A DNA stretch of 64,000 nucleotides from an uncultured Phycisphaerales bacterium (GTDB lineage: Bacteria; Planctomycetota; Phycisphaerae; Sedimentisphaerales; Anaerobacaceae): NCBI GenBank assembly GCA_963718665.1, contig OY970359.1, positions 2,304,001-2,368,000 on the forward strand. The letters run 5' to 3'. The translations under genes were made by a program, and so were the position numbers. Positions 31,468 through 40,762 of this stretch are shown here, piece by piece (position 1 is the stretch's first letter; each line of letters opens with the position of its first letter). The notes beneath the pieces are model-generated. The model was not told where the DNA came from. It searched no databases and saw only the letters and a list, made by a program, of their open reading frames with translations.

Positions 31468-33200
31468 TGATAAAGATTAGACCTGAAGACCTCGAAAAAT
31501 ACAGTTCAGCCGTAACGCTTTCGGATATGGAAGTGTTCGTGTTCCCTGAATTGTTCTATGCCCTTATTCTCGCCAATATAATGAGCCCGCTTGTCTGGAA
31601 ATGGCGTGAAGAGGACTGCTTCAAAAAACTCCAAGGCAAGGACAGCTTCAAAAAATTATTACGATTGCGCCAGTTCATAATGGATGAATACGATTTCAAC
31701 CTCGATTTGGAAACATGGGGGCTTACGAGCAAAACAAAGGAGCTGGGTCGTTTTGCCAAATTCGTTTCGCCCGAAGACGTAGCCAAAAGCAACGGTCTTT
31801 TCGGCTACGAGGGTGACAAATACTATTTCGATGTGGATATACGAAAGCACTTCGGCCTGGATAAATACGACACTGATGTTATTCCTTATTGGAAGACCGA
31901 AACCGTCGAGGCGATGGAGGCATTTGTTCACAAGCCAAACTACTCCCAAAAAGCCGGTGAGTGCGTCTCGCTTTCCGCGCTTTATGCCGCCGCGGCGTTT
32001 ATCGTCTGCGGCATACCGCTTGAGAATATATACGCGATACTAACGCCGCTTCATTCGCAGAATTTTATCGATATCCGCGACGGCGTCCTGACCAACAACC
32101 GGCGCCTTGTTACAAAGGCGATGTGGTTCAACGGCACCGAAATATCAGGCAAGGCCCAGCGTGCGCTTCGCAATGAAAACGTAACAATTGTTGCCCATTC
32201 TTCCGGCTATGCACATTGTTTCTATAAGGAAGCCACGATAAAGCCCGATGTTTACGGGTATTTCGTAAAGCAGCTTAGCTCATATTTATCCAGTGAGCTT
32301 TCGCTGGTTGTTTTCGCCAACTATCTCAGGAGTAATTCGTCTTACCAGAAATATTTCCAGCTTTGCCGGGATTGCCACGGCCATCCGCAATTTTTGAAGG
32401 CCGAAATATTGTTCAGTTATGAGCACGGCAGCGATTATCGTATTGCCGATAGCACGCACGAAAAACTTCTGGCTGAGGTTGCTGATGAAGATTTTGTCCA
32501 AGCCGAGATTCCGGGCAGGGTCCGCTGCGACTTTCTTTGTGATTTTATAACCAATAAGAAAATCGACGTTCGAACCGCCGAGGGCAGGGCGGCAATAACC
32601 GGATTCCTACAGCCGGTTATGCCCGATGTTAAGAAATTTGTCGATGAGCTTGCCGACTTTGTTCATTGTGAGCCGAAACTGCCGTCGCCCGAAAAAAACT
32701 ATCTTCCCGTCCCAGCCATTGAAATCGGTGTTGACTGGACACGCGACAAAATCATCGATTACCTGCAAAATCTTCGTGGCCAAAGCACCACTGCCGACCT
32801 TGCCTTTTATGCTTATCGTGATATGGAAACCTGCGACTGGACGCCTTTCCTTAAGGCCGTTGTTGAACGAAACCCTGTTTCTTTGGCAATGGCCCAGTCA
32901 ATGTCACCCGATACTGTCTATGGGCTTCTGCAAAAAATGGACGGTGTTTCGATTTATGACAGCAAGCGTCTTGCCCAGCCCGATGAGGTCGCAAATTACC
33001 GCACCGGCGACGGCCTCGAAAAGGCATTGCTTCTGGCTAACGTCATTCGCCAAAAATTCCCAGATGAAAATATCGATATTGCCGTTGCCGGCAATAGTGT
33101 GGTTCTGAAAGGAGCAGGCGAATACCGCTTCGATTCATCGAAGGGGCTCAAAAAACAGGTTCGTATTTCGTCTGCCGGCGAGATTATCGTGTCTGGTTGA
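31467..33200 (+). CDS. Conserved hypothetical protein, possible transglutaminase-like fold
   Basis: Long ORF with GECVSLS...PLHSQNFID and a degenerate second copy GDGLEKALLLAN. Confidence 0.6.
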   Translation: MIKIRPEDLEKYSSAVTLSDMEVFVFPELFYALILANIMSPLVWKWREEDCFKKLQGKDSFKKLLRLRQFIMDEYDFNLDLETWGLTSKTKELGRFAKFVSPEDVAKSNGLFGYEGDKYYFDVDIRKHFGLDKYDTDVIPYWKTETVEAMEAFVHKPNYSQKAGECVSLSALYAAAAFIVCGIPLENIYAILTPLHSQNFIDIRDGVLTNNRRLVTKAMWFNGTEISGKAQRALRNENVTIVAHSSGYAHCFYKEATIKPDVYGYFVKQLSSYLSSELSLVVFANYLRSNSSYQKYFQLCRDCHGHPQFLKAEILFSYEHGSDYRIADSTHEKLLAEVADEDFVQAEIPGRVRCDFLCDFITNKKIDVRTAEGRAAITGFLQPVMPDVKKFVDELADFVHCEPKLPSPEKNYLPVPAIEIGVDWTRDKIIDYLQNLRGQSTTADLAFYAYRDMETCDWTPFLKAVVERNPVSLAMAQSMSPDTVYGLLQKMDGVSIYDSKRLAQPDEVANYRTGDGLEKALLLANVIRQKFPDENIDIAVAGNSVVLKGAGEYRFDSSKGLKKQVRISSAGEIIVSG

Positions 33201-33253
33201 GAACCGGCGCGGTTATTTAATTAAAAAAATTATAAAAAAACGAACTTTTTGTG

Positions 33254-33290
33254 TTGACACTGGTATTAAATAGGACTATATTAGTCCTAT
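33254..33290 (+). promoter_or_regulatory. Sigma70 promoter with a palindromic operator (candidate Rrf2 site)
   Basis: TTGACA-N17-TATATT; ATAGGACTA-tat-TAGTCCTAT at 33270-33290. Confidence 0.75.
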
Positions 33291-33312
33291 AGTTGTTAAT
33301 CTTGAGGAAACC

Positions 33313-33753
33313 ATGGATATTATCAGGCGAAATACGGATTACGCGTTAAGGGCTGCTGTGGAGCTGGCAGGCAGGTTCGGCGGCGAGCCGGTTTCCACAA
33401 AGGAGCTTGCGGATAACCAGCGAATACCATATCAGCTTGCCTGCAAGCTTTTGCAGCGTCTTCATAAAGCCGGGATTGTAAAAAGCGAAATGGGGCCGTC
33501 GGGCGGGTTCATACTTTGCAAAAATCCGTCAAGGATAACCGTTCGCCGGCTGGTAGAAATCATTCAGGGACCTGTCCGGCTAAATAATTGTAAGCTTTGC
33601 CGGCTCTCTCGCTGCTGCACTATAAACCCGGAATTAGCCCGCCTGCAGGGCAAAATCAATGATTTCCTTGACGGCCTTACGTTGAAACAGTTGGCGGATA
33701 CAAACGGCGGTAAAAAGCCGACGAAAAACAAACGCGGCAGGAGCAAAAAATGA
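33313..33753 (+). CDS. Rrf2-family regulator
   Basis: TDYALRA, GIV.S..G..GGF.L, Cys cluster C..C....CC. Confidence 0.9.
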   Translation: MDIIRRNTDYALRAAVELAGRFGGEPVSTKELADNQRIPYQLACKLLQRLHKAGIVKSEMGPSGGFILCKNPSRITVRRLVEIIQGPVRLNNCKLCRLSRCCTINPELARLQGKINDFLDGLTLKQLADTNGGKKPTKNKRGRSKK

Positions 33754-34100
33754 ACGAAAAGAAACGCAATTCGGCTGTTTTGGAAACCTGCCTGGCAAAA
33801 CCAGCTATTTTGGCGCAACTAATTAATTACGCCGACGACTCGGTAGTAAGTAAAACCATAATCGATAAGCCCGTCGGAACAATTACCCTGTTTGCCTTTG
33901 ACGAGGGGCAGGGATTGAGTGAGCATACCGCGCCGTATGATGCGGTTGTGCAGGTGCTCGATGGCAAGGCGTTATTGACCATAGGCGGTAAACAGATAAA
34001 TGTTTCCGCTGGCGAGCTTATTATTATGCCCGCTAATATTCCTCATGCGGTCGCCGCCGAGGAAAAATTCAAGATGCTTCTCATAATGATTCGGGCATGA
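33750..34100 (+). CDS. Cupin-domain protein
   Basis: FAFDEGQGLSEHTAPYDA, MPANIPH. Confidence 0.88.
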   Translation: MNEKKRNSAVLETCLAKPAILAQLINYADDSVVSKTIIDKPVGTITLFAFDEGQGLSEHTAPYDAVVQVLDGKALLTIGGKQINVSAGELIIMPANIPHAVAAEEKFKMLLIMIRA

Positions 34101-34152
34101 TGGGGCAATAAACAGAAAAAATAAACCTAAGCGAGATTTAAGGAGATATTTT

Positions 34153-35811
34153 ATGGGTATGTTTTGTTATCAGTGTGAACAGACGGCAAAAGGCGCCGGA
34201 TGCACCGTTTTAGGGGTTTGCGGCAAAGAGCCGACCACGGCTGCTCTGCAGGACCTTTTGATTTACGCTCTCAAGGACCTTTCTCGCTATGCCAATCGCG
34301 CAAGACAATTGGGCAGCGTTGATAAAGCCGTGAACGTTTTCACAGTCAAAGCGATGTTCAGCACGCTGACAAACGTCGATTTTGACCCCGCCCGGTTTCA
34401 GGTGTTTTTGAAAGAGGCGGCCTCGATAAAAGAAAGGGCCAAGTTGCTTTACGAAGCCGCCTGCAAACACTCCGGCAAAAAAGCGGAACAGTTGCCCTGC
34501 GAAACCCGGTGGTGGACTAATCTCGACGATTTGGATGCATTTGTTGAAACCGGCACCCTTGTCGGCGTACAAGATAAAATCAACGAGCTTGGCCCCGATG
34601 TCGCCGGCTTGCAGGAATTGATTGTTTATGGACTCAAAGGGCTTGCCGCGTATGCCGACCATGCCCAGATTCTCGGAAAAGAAGATGACACGGTTTATGC
34701 GTTTATTCACAAAACACTCGACCGGCTTACTCAGAAGCCGACTGATATTGGCGAACTCCTTCAAACCGCTCTCGCGGTAGGGGAAGTCAATCTCAAGGCG
34801 ATGGAATTGCTCGACGCGGGCAATACAGGCGCTTATGGCCATCCGGAGCCAACACAGGTTCGCATTACCCCTGTAAAAGGCAAGTGCATTGTCGTTTCAG
34901 GTCACGACCTCAAAGACCTCGAAGAGCTGCTCAAACAAACCCATGGCAAAGGCATAAATGTTTACACGCACGGCGAGATGCTGCCCTGCAACGCTTATCT
35001 GGGTCTGAAAAAATATAAGCACCTCGTCGGCAATTTCGGCGGCGCATGGCAGGACCAGCGAAATGAATTCGACGCCTTCCCCGGCGCAATCCTGATGACT
35101 ACCAATTGTTTGCAAAGACCAAAAGACAGTTATAAAGCGAGAATCTTTACCTCCGGTGTTGTCGGCTGGGCAGACGTAACTCATATCTCAAACGGAGATT
35201 TTACCCCGGTCATCAAGGCCGCTCTGGCCGCACCGGGATTTACAGAGGATGCTCCTGCGAAATCCATAACAATCGGCTTTGCCCGAAATACCGTTATGAG
35301 TGTTGCCGGCAAAGTCATCGACGCAGTAAAAGCGGGCAAAATCAGACACTTTTTCCTCATCGGCGGCTGCGACGGCGCAAAACCGGGAAGAAACTACTTC
35401 ACTGAATTTGCCCAAAAAGTCCCCAATGACTGCGTCATCCTCACGCTGGCCTGCGGCAAATATCGGTTCAATAAACTCGATTTCGGCGCAATCGACGGCA
35501 TACCTCGCCTGCTCGATTGCGGCCAGTGCAACGACGCCTACTCCGCGATTCAGATAGCCATCGCCCTGGCAGGGGCCTTCAAATGCGGCGTAAACGACCT
35601 GCCATTGTCGTTTGTCTTGTCCTGGTATGAGCAGAAGGCGGTTGTAATTCTTCTGACGCTGCTGCACCTGGGCATAAAGAATATTAAGCTTGGCCCGTCT
35701 CTGCCCGCGTTCGTCAGCCCGGCCGCCCTTAATGTCCTGGTTGAAAAGTTCAATATCGCTCCGGTTGGTTCTGTGGACGATGATTTGACGACGATACTGG
35801 CAGTCAAATAA
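34153..35811 (+). CDS. hcp: Hybrid cluster protein (hydroxylamine reductase)
   Basis: MFCYQCEQT....C...GVCGK, HGEMLP, GGCDG, GQCNDAY, SWYEQKA. Confidence 0.97.
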   Translation: MGMFCYQCEQTAKGAGCTVLGVCGKEPTTAALQDLLIYALKDLSRYANRARQLGSVDKAVNVFTVKAMFSTLTNVDFDPARFQVFLKEAASIKERAKLLYEAACKHSGKKAEQLPCETRWWTNLDDLDAFVETGTLVGVQDKINELGPDVAGLQELIVYGLKGLAAYADHAQILGKEDDTVYAFIHKTLDRLTQKPTDIGELLQTALAVGEVNLKAMELLDAGNTGAYGHPEPTQVRITPVKGKCIVVSGHDLKDLEELLKQTHGKGINVYTHGEMLPCNAYLGLKKYKHLVGNFGGAWQDQRNEFDAFPGAILMTTNCLQRPKDSYKARIFTSGVVGWADVTHISNGDFTPVIKAALAAPGFTEDAPAKSITIGFARNTVMSVAGKVIDAVKAGKIRHFFLIGGCDGAKPGRNYFTEFAQKVPNDCVILTLACGKYRFNKLDFGAIDGIPRLLDCGQCNDAYSAIQIAIALAGAFKCGVNDLPLSFVLSWYEQKAVVILLTLLHLGIKNIKLGPSLPAFVSPAALNVLVEKFNIAPVGSVDDDLTTILAVK

Positions 35812-35821
35812 AGGAGGCACT

Positions 35822-36550
35822 ATGGCCTTGCGGAATATAATTGTTATCGACGAAGAAAAGTGCAACGGATGCGGGCTTTGTGCCAAGGCCTGTGCGGAAG
35901 GCGCAATAAAGATAATCAACGGCAAAGCAAAATTGGTCAGTGAGACCTATTGCGATGGCCTTGGCGCCTGCATCGGGCACTGTCCGCAAAACGCCATCAA
36001 GGTTATACAGCGGGAAGCCAAACCCTTTGATGAGGAAGCGACAAAAGAGCATCTCAGCCAAATAAAACAACAGCAGCCGGTGCCGTTTATGTGTCCCGGT
36101 ATGGTGGCCGCGCAATTGCGAAACACCCCCAAAAAATCCGATTCGACAGCAGGTGATGTCTCGTCGCAACTGACACATTGGCCTGTTCAGCTTAAACTTG
36201 TCTCCGCACACGCACCATATTTTGCGGATGCACGCCTGTTGCTCGTCGCGGACTGTGTTCCTTTTACGATGGGGGATTTCCACAGCAGATTTCTCAGGGG
36301 CCACAGCATTGTCGTTGGTTGTCCCAAACTCGATGACGCCCGTTTTTACATCGAAAAGCTCGCTGATATTTTGCAGGCCAACAAACTCAAGTCGCTGGGC
36401 GTAGTACATATGGAAGTGCCTTGTTGCCATGGTCTTACTCGAATCGCACAAGAAGCGTTGGCAAAGGCCGGAGTTGAAATGTCTTTTGAAGATGTTACGA
36501 TAGGCCTTAATGGTAGTATAAGCAAGGTCGAACAAATATCGGTTAATTGA
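35822..36550 (+). CDS. 4Fe-4S ferredoxin-domain protein (hcp-associated)
   Basis: CNGCGLC...C, CDGLGACIGHCP, WPVQL, GCPKLD, MEVPCC. Confidence 0.88.
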   Translation: MALRNIIVIDEEKCNGCGLCAKACAEGAIKIINGKAKLVSETYCDGLGACIGHCPQNAIKVIQREAKPFDEEATKEHLSQIKQQQPVPFMCPGMVAAQLRNTPKKSDSTAGDVSSQLTHWPVQLKLVSAHAPYFADARLLLVADCVPFTMGDFHSRFLRGHSIVVGCPKLDDARFYIEKLADILQANKLKSLGVVHMEVPCCHGLTRIAQEALAKAGVEMSFEDVTIGLNGSISKVEQISVN

Positions 36551-36573
36551 CTGGCCTTAGCCGGAGTTGATAT

Positions 36574-37587
36574 ATGACAGATTTTGTTAAATCGATAGCG
36601 ATGGGTTTCTGGAATACAGTTCTTGAGATGTCGCCATATTTGTTGTTTGGTTTTTTTATGGCGGGATTGCTCAGTGTTCTTGTATCGAAGCAGCTTGTTG
36701 AAAAACATCTCGGCGGCAGGGGGCTTTGGCCGGTGGTCAAGGCGTCTCTTTTGGGTGTGCCTCTGCCTTTGTGCTCGTGCAGCGTCATTCCCGTAACAAT
36801 GTCGCTTCGCAAACATGGCGCAAGCAGGGGGGCGGCTGTTTCATTTTTGCTCTCGACCCCGCAGACAGGCGTTGACAGCATTTTTGTTACGTATGCCTTG
36901 CTTGGCCCGGTCTTCGCTATATTCAGACCAATAGCGGCGTTTGTTACCGGCATAGTCGGCGGCGTGATGGTCAATCTTTTCGGAGATTCTCTCGAAAACG
37001 GCTCACAACAAAATCAGAGTTGCGAGGACGAATGTTGTTCCTCTGGGCACAAAACTAACCCTGTTACGCGAATATTCAAATATGGCTTTATCACGCTTCC
37101 CCGCGATATCGGCAGGGCGATGCTGCTTGGCTTAGTTGTTGCTGCCTTTATTTCAGCCCTTGTACCTGATGGTTTTTTTGCGGACAAGCTCGGAACCGGC
37201 ATTTTCCCGATGCTCGTAATGATGCTTTTTGGAATACCGATGTATGTTTGCGCAACCGCTTCGGTCCCGATAGCGGCCGCACTAATGATGAAGGGCTTGA
37301 GTCCGGGGGCTGCTTTGGTTTTTCTTATGACGGGTCCCGCTACCAACGCCGCGTCTTTTGTTACCATCTGGAAAATTATGGGCAGGGCTACGGCAATTAC
37401 TTACATCGCGGCTGTTGCCGGATGCGCATTGCTAAGCGGCATAGTTCTCGATTATATTATCGGCGGTATTATATTCGCTCATACTGCTCATCATGGCTGG
37501 ATGATGCCGCGGAATATTGAATATATTTCAGCAGTTGTGCTTTTTATTGTGCTGATGTTTGCTATAATCCATAAACCCAAAGAATAA
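36574..37587 (+). CDS. Predicted metal permease (ArsP/SO_0444-like)
   Basis: PLPLCSCSVIP and PMYVCATASVP motifs; multiple TM segments; Cys-rich loop. Confidence 0.8.
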   Translation: MTDFVKSIAMGFWNTVLEMSPYLLFGFFMAGLLSVLVSKQLVEKHLGGRGLWPVVKASLLGVPLPLCSCSVIPVTMSLRKHGASRGAAVSFLLSTPQTGVDSIFVTYALLGPVFAIFRPIAAFVTGIVGGVMVNLFGDSLENGSQQNQSCEDECCSSGHKTNPVTRIFKYGFITLPRDIGRAMLLGLVVAAFISALVPDGFFADKLGTGIFPMLVMMLFGIPMYVCATASVPIAAALMMKGLSPGAALVFLMTGPATNAASFVTIWKIMGRATAITYIAAVAGCALLSGIVLDYIIGGIIFAHTAHHGWMMPRNIEYISAVVLFIVLMFAIIHKPKE

Positions 37588-37625
37588 AGGATTAACGCAC
37601 GAGATTTTTTACGGAGATAAAAACA

Positions 37626-37811
37626 ATGGCAAAGACAAGTATGCCGCACGCCGGCCACAACAAACACCTTTGTTATTTGAACAATCTTGGCTATCAAATA
37701 AGCAATCCAAAGGAATACAAGGCCCTTGTAAAGAACGCCAAATTTATATGCAAAATATGTGGCAGGGTTGCCGTCAGCGATAAAAATCTGTGCAAACCCA
37801 TAGTTCTCTGA
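37626..37811 (+). CDS. Small Cys/His-rich putative metal-binding protein
   Basis: H..H..HLC...C..CGR......LC.P; GGAG SD. Confidence 0.65.
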   Translation: MAKTSMPHAGHNKHLCYLNNLGYQISNPKEYKALVKNAKFICKICGRVAVSDKNLCKPIVL

Positions 37812-38027
37812 CAGTTTCCTGTAAATCGGCGTCAGGGTAATTGGGTTTAATTGCAGCATTGGCGTTTCTGTGACAGTTTCTGTCAGTCATCGCGCCAAAA
37901 TACCAGCCCTTTTAGGTAGTATTACGCCCCCAAAAGAGGGTTTTCCTTATCACATTCTACGGCTATTGCGCCGATATTTTCCACAAGGCCTTTTCTTAGG
38001 CCTGTTTGTTGGGGGTTTCATTTAAGG

Positions 38028-38489
38028 ATGCGCGATCTAAAACCAATTCTTCTTTTGGAAGATGACAGCATTGATGCAATGACCGTTAAGAGGGCGTTGA
38101 AAGACCTTGATGTCAAAAATCCTCTTGTCCATGTGTTCAATGGCGAACAGGCGCTGGAGTATTTGCAGAATAGCGCCAACGCCGAGCCCTGTGTGATTCT
38201 TCTTGACCTGAATATGCCCAAGATGAATGGCATTGAATTCCTTAAGATTGCAAAATCAGACCCAAGATTGAAATGTATCCCGGTTGTTGTTCTTACCACT
38301 TCCAGGGCCGACAAGGATAAACTCGAATGTTTTGATAACGGTGTTGCCGGCTATATAGTTAAACCGGTCGATTACAAGGGATTTCTCGATGCAATGAAGA
38401 TACTCAACCTTTACTGGACACTCAGCGAATCATCTTGCAACCTGGTTGAAGGGCAGGGTGTTGAACCCCCAAAAACTGGCTGTTTCTGA
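38028..38489 (+). CDS. Single-domain response regulator (Rcp1-like)
   Basis: LLEDD, LLDLNMPKMNG, LTTS, YIVKP, YWT. Confidence 0.9.
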   Translation: MRDLKPILLLEDDSIDAMTVKRALKDLDVKNPLVHVFNGEQALEYLQNSANAEPCVILLDLNMPKMNGIEFLKIAKSDPRLKCIPVVVLTTSRADKDKLECFDNGVAGYIVKPVDYKGFLDAMKILNLYWTLSESSCNLVEGQGVEPPKTGCF

Positions 38490-38654
38490 CCAGCAAAATT
38501 GCCGAGTCCTATAATTATTTGGAGCATTTAAACTGTTAATATGACATTATCTATTTTCCAAAAGAGCGGTTTTTATCATCAAATCAGCCGTATTTTATGC
38601 CGATATTAAACCGGGTTTTATGCGCCACCAGTAAATTATGCAAAGGGGGCAACG

Positions 38655-39128
38655 ATGAGAAATCTCAGACCGATACTGTTTGTCGAAGACGATAACGTAG
38701 ATGCCATGACAGTTAAGCGAGCTTTCGGTGAGCTTGAAATTGTTAATGAGCTTGTCAGGGCAGTCAATGGTGAAGCGGCATTAAACTACCTGAGAGAGCA
38801 TCTCAACGAGAGGCCCTGTATCATTTTGCTCGATTTGAATATGCCTAAAATGAACGGCATAGAATTCCTCAGGGTCATTAAAGCTGATGACGAACTGCGA
38901 CAAATACCCGTAATTGTCCTGACAACATCAAAAGATGACCGCGATAAAATTAAAAGTTTCAAATCATGTGTTGCCGGCTACATAGTAAAACCGGTGGACT
39001 ACAGGGTATTCGTCGAGGCGATAAAAATTTTCGATTCATACTGGACACTAAGTGAACTGCCCGACAGCGTTCCTGAAGATACCGCTGTTGAGCTTCAAAA
39101 AACCGACTGCACCGGAACCGGCAGTTAA
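38655..39128 (+). CDS. Single-domain response regulator, tandem paralog
   Basis: Same motifs; obvious high similarity to 38028..38489. Confidence 0.9.
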   Translation: MRNLRPILFVEDDNVDAMTVKRAFGELEIVNELVRAVNGEAALNYLREHLNERPCIILLDLNMPKMNGIEFLRVIKADDELRQIPVIVLTTSKDDRDKIKSFKSCVAGYIVKPVDYRVFVEAIKIFDSYWTLSELPDSVPEDTAVELQKTDCTGTGS

Positions 39129-39605
39129 AAAACAAATATATGGATACCGTCGCTCATCTCGCCGCCGGTCAATTCTTATGGTATTGATTTCCCGCCGATA
39201 ACTCACAAAAGAAACTCACTATATCTAACCTGTCCTACTCAAAAATTCATCCGGCTGTAAAAGTTAACGATTTTCGGATTCGGAGAGGGAAAAATGCTCA
39301 TTGGCAAGTTGATATTGACTGATTTGGAAAGGGCTTTCTCTGGCCGGAACGTGTTTTTTTTGCTTAATCTTCATTCTCGTACTATAAAAAATTCATACGA
39401 TGCACGAAGCGGCGCATCCTACATCAAGAGAGGGTGTAAGTTAGTTGCAAAACTAACAGGCGGTATTGCCCATTCCGATACGCTAAATCTCTCCCATCTA
39501 TGCTAAAAAACATAGTCATTTCACCTGTATTGTCTACGTTTTTGAGTTGACTTGATGAAAAGGGACGGGCCTGATGTGTGGAGGCTATTTAGAAAAGGTT
39601 CAATT

Positions 39606-40250
39606 ATGACCGCCATCTGGAAGGTAACGGAAGCAGATATTCTAAGCAGAGGGGAGGTGGAGGAAATTTGGTCGTAGCTTTGTCTAAGGTCAACCCGCTC
39701 GCGGAATGCCCGCCAGAGCCGGGTCATCTTCTGCCTGGCCGCCTTTTGCGGCCTGCGAGTATCGGAGATATGCGGCCTGCGCCTCTGCGACGTCAAATTG
39801 ACCATACGCCGTCCGGTGCTGGAGATAAGACCGCAGATTGCAAAACAGCATCGGCGACGTAGTGTGCCTCTATGGCGACTGCCTACGGCTTTGATATGCT
39901 TTTTGGATTGGAAAGCCCGGCGTCGGGAACAAGGCGCTGGCCCGCAGGATTACTTGGTTTGTGCCCAGAGCCGCTCATCACTTGGCAAACCATTAGACCG
40001 ACGCAATGCCAGGGCCCGGTTTATAGCAGCCTGTGGAATACTGGGCAAGGAACGGCAGGAGATGCTGACCATCCACACCGGCAGGCATAGCTGCGTTTCA
40101 CATCTGCTGGCCGCGGGCTGGCCGCTTCCGGTAGTACGAGATATGCTGGGCCACGCCAATTTGTTTACGACAAGCATCTACTCCCACATCGTTGTCGATG
40201 ACCTGCCTCCGCCGGACCCGTTTGCCTTTGCCAGCGAGCATGTGGAGTAA
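39606..40250 (+). pseudogene. Catalytic-domain-only tyrosine recombinase with an in-frame TAG
   Basis: MTAIWKVTEADILSRGEVEEIWS*(39675-39677)LCL...GLRVSE..K..HTGRH..LGH..Y, all in one frame. Confidence 0.8.
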
Positions 40251-40599
40251 GGGCGGGGCTTGTGACTTGAAAGCGGGTTAAAGTACGGCGGTGGAGCGTT
40301 GGGGGTACAGGGTAAAGCTGCCAAACTTGCTGCTACAGCGGTTTTTCCGGCGCGGAATCGAAAAAGTCGGGCAAAGGGGTATGAGAAGGGATCGGAGGCC
40401 GTTCGGCCATTCTACGGGCGCAAAATGCCTTTGGGGCCGACTATGCAACATTCCACAAGGTGGTTTAGCTGCGTTTTTTTCTCAAGCTCGATAAAATCGG
40501 GACACCGGGGCCAGGCAGGGCAAAGTTTTGAGGTAGTGAGAAGGTGGTTTCCTTATACGGATAGGCGAGGATTGGCCTGTATGGTCACATGGAACAGCC

Positions 40600-40628
40600 T
40601 TGCATTTTATGGCCTCTGCTGGTAGAAT
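40600..40628 (+). promoter_or_regulatory. Sigma70 promoter with extended -10
   Basis: TTGCAT-N17-TAGAAT with TG upstream of the -10; then SD GAAAGGGA and ATG at 40664. Confidence 0.65.
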
Positions 40629-40663
40629 GTGGCAGTAATTGTCCTAAAGAGAAAGGGAATTTT

Positions 40664-40762
40664 ATGAATAGCCTCGCACCCGAATTACCGCCAACACAAC
40701 GAGCATACACACTGCGCCTGCACGGCGCAGAAAAAGCAAGGGGAGGAAGCCGTGAATTATAA
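40664..40762 (+). pseudogene. 32-aa ORF resembling the N-terminus of Cas12b (type V-B) fused to an unrelated 3' end
   Basis: MNSLAPELPPTQRAYTLRLHGAEKARGGSREL*. PP.TQRAYTLRL.GA matches my recollection of the Chloracidobacterium-type Cas12b N-terminus; not searched. Confidence 0.55.

Noticed and set aside
39130..39600. Expected att duplicate of the tRNA-Arg 3' end at the element's left edge
   Set aside because: No match to GCGCCCGGCCAGATTCGAAC in the correct orientation was found by eye.
39675..39677. Amber readthrough (pyrrolysine or recoding) in the recombinase
   Set aside because: TAG is used as a normal stop elsewhere in the window and no pyl genes are present; a nonsense mutation is simpler.
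40251..40599. Possible tracrRNA upstream of the cas12b-like fragment
   Set aside because: No repeat is available to test anti-repeat pairing, and I recognise no tracrRNA structure; ORFs 40291 and 40299 also look spurious.
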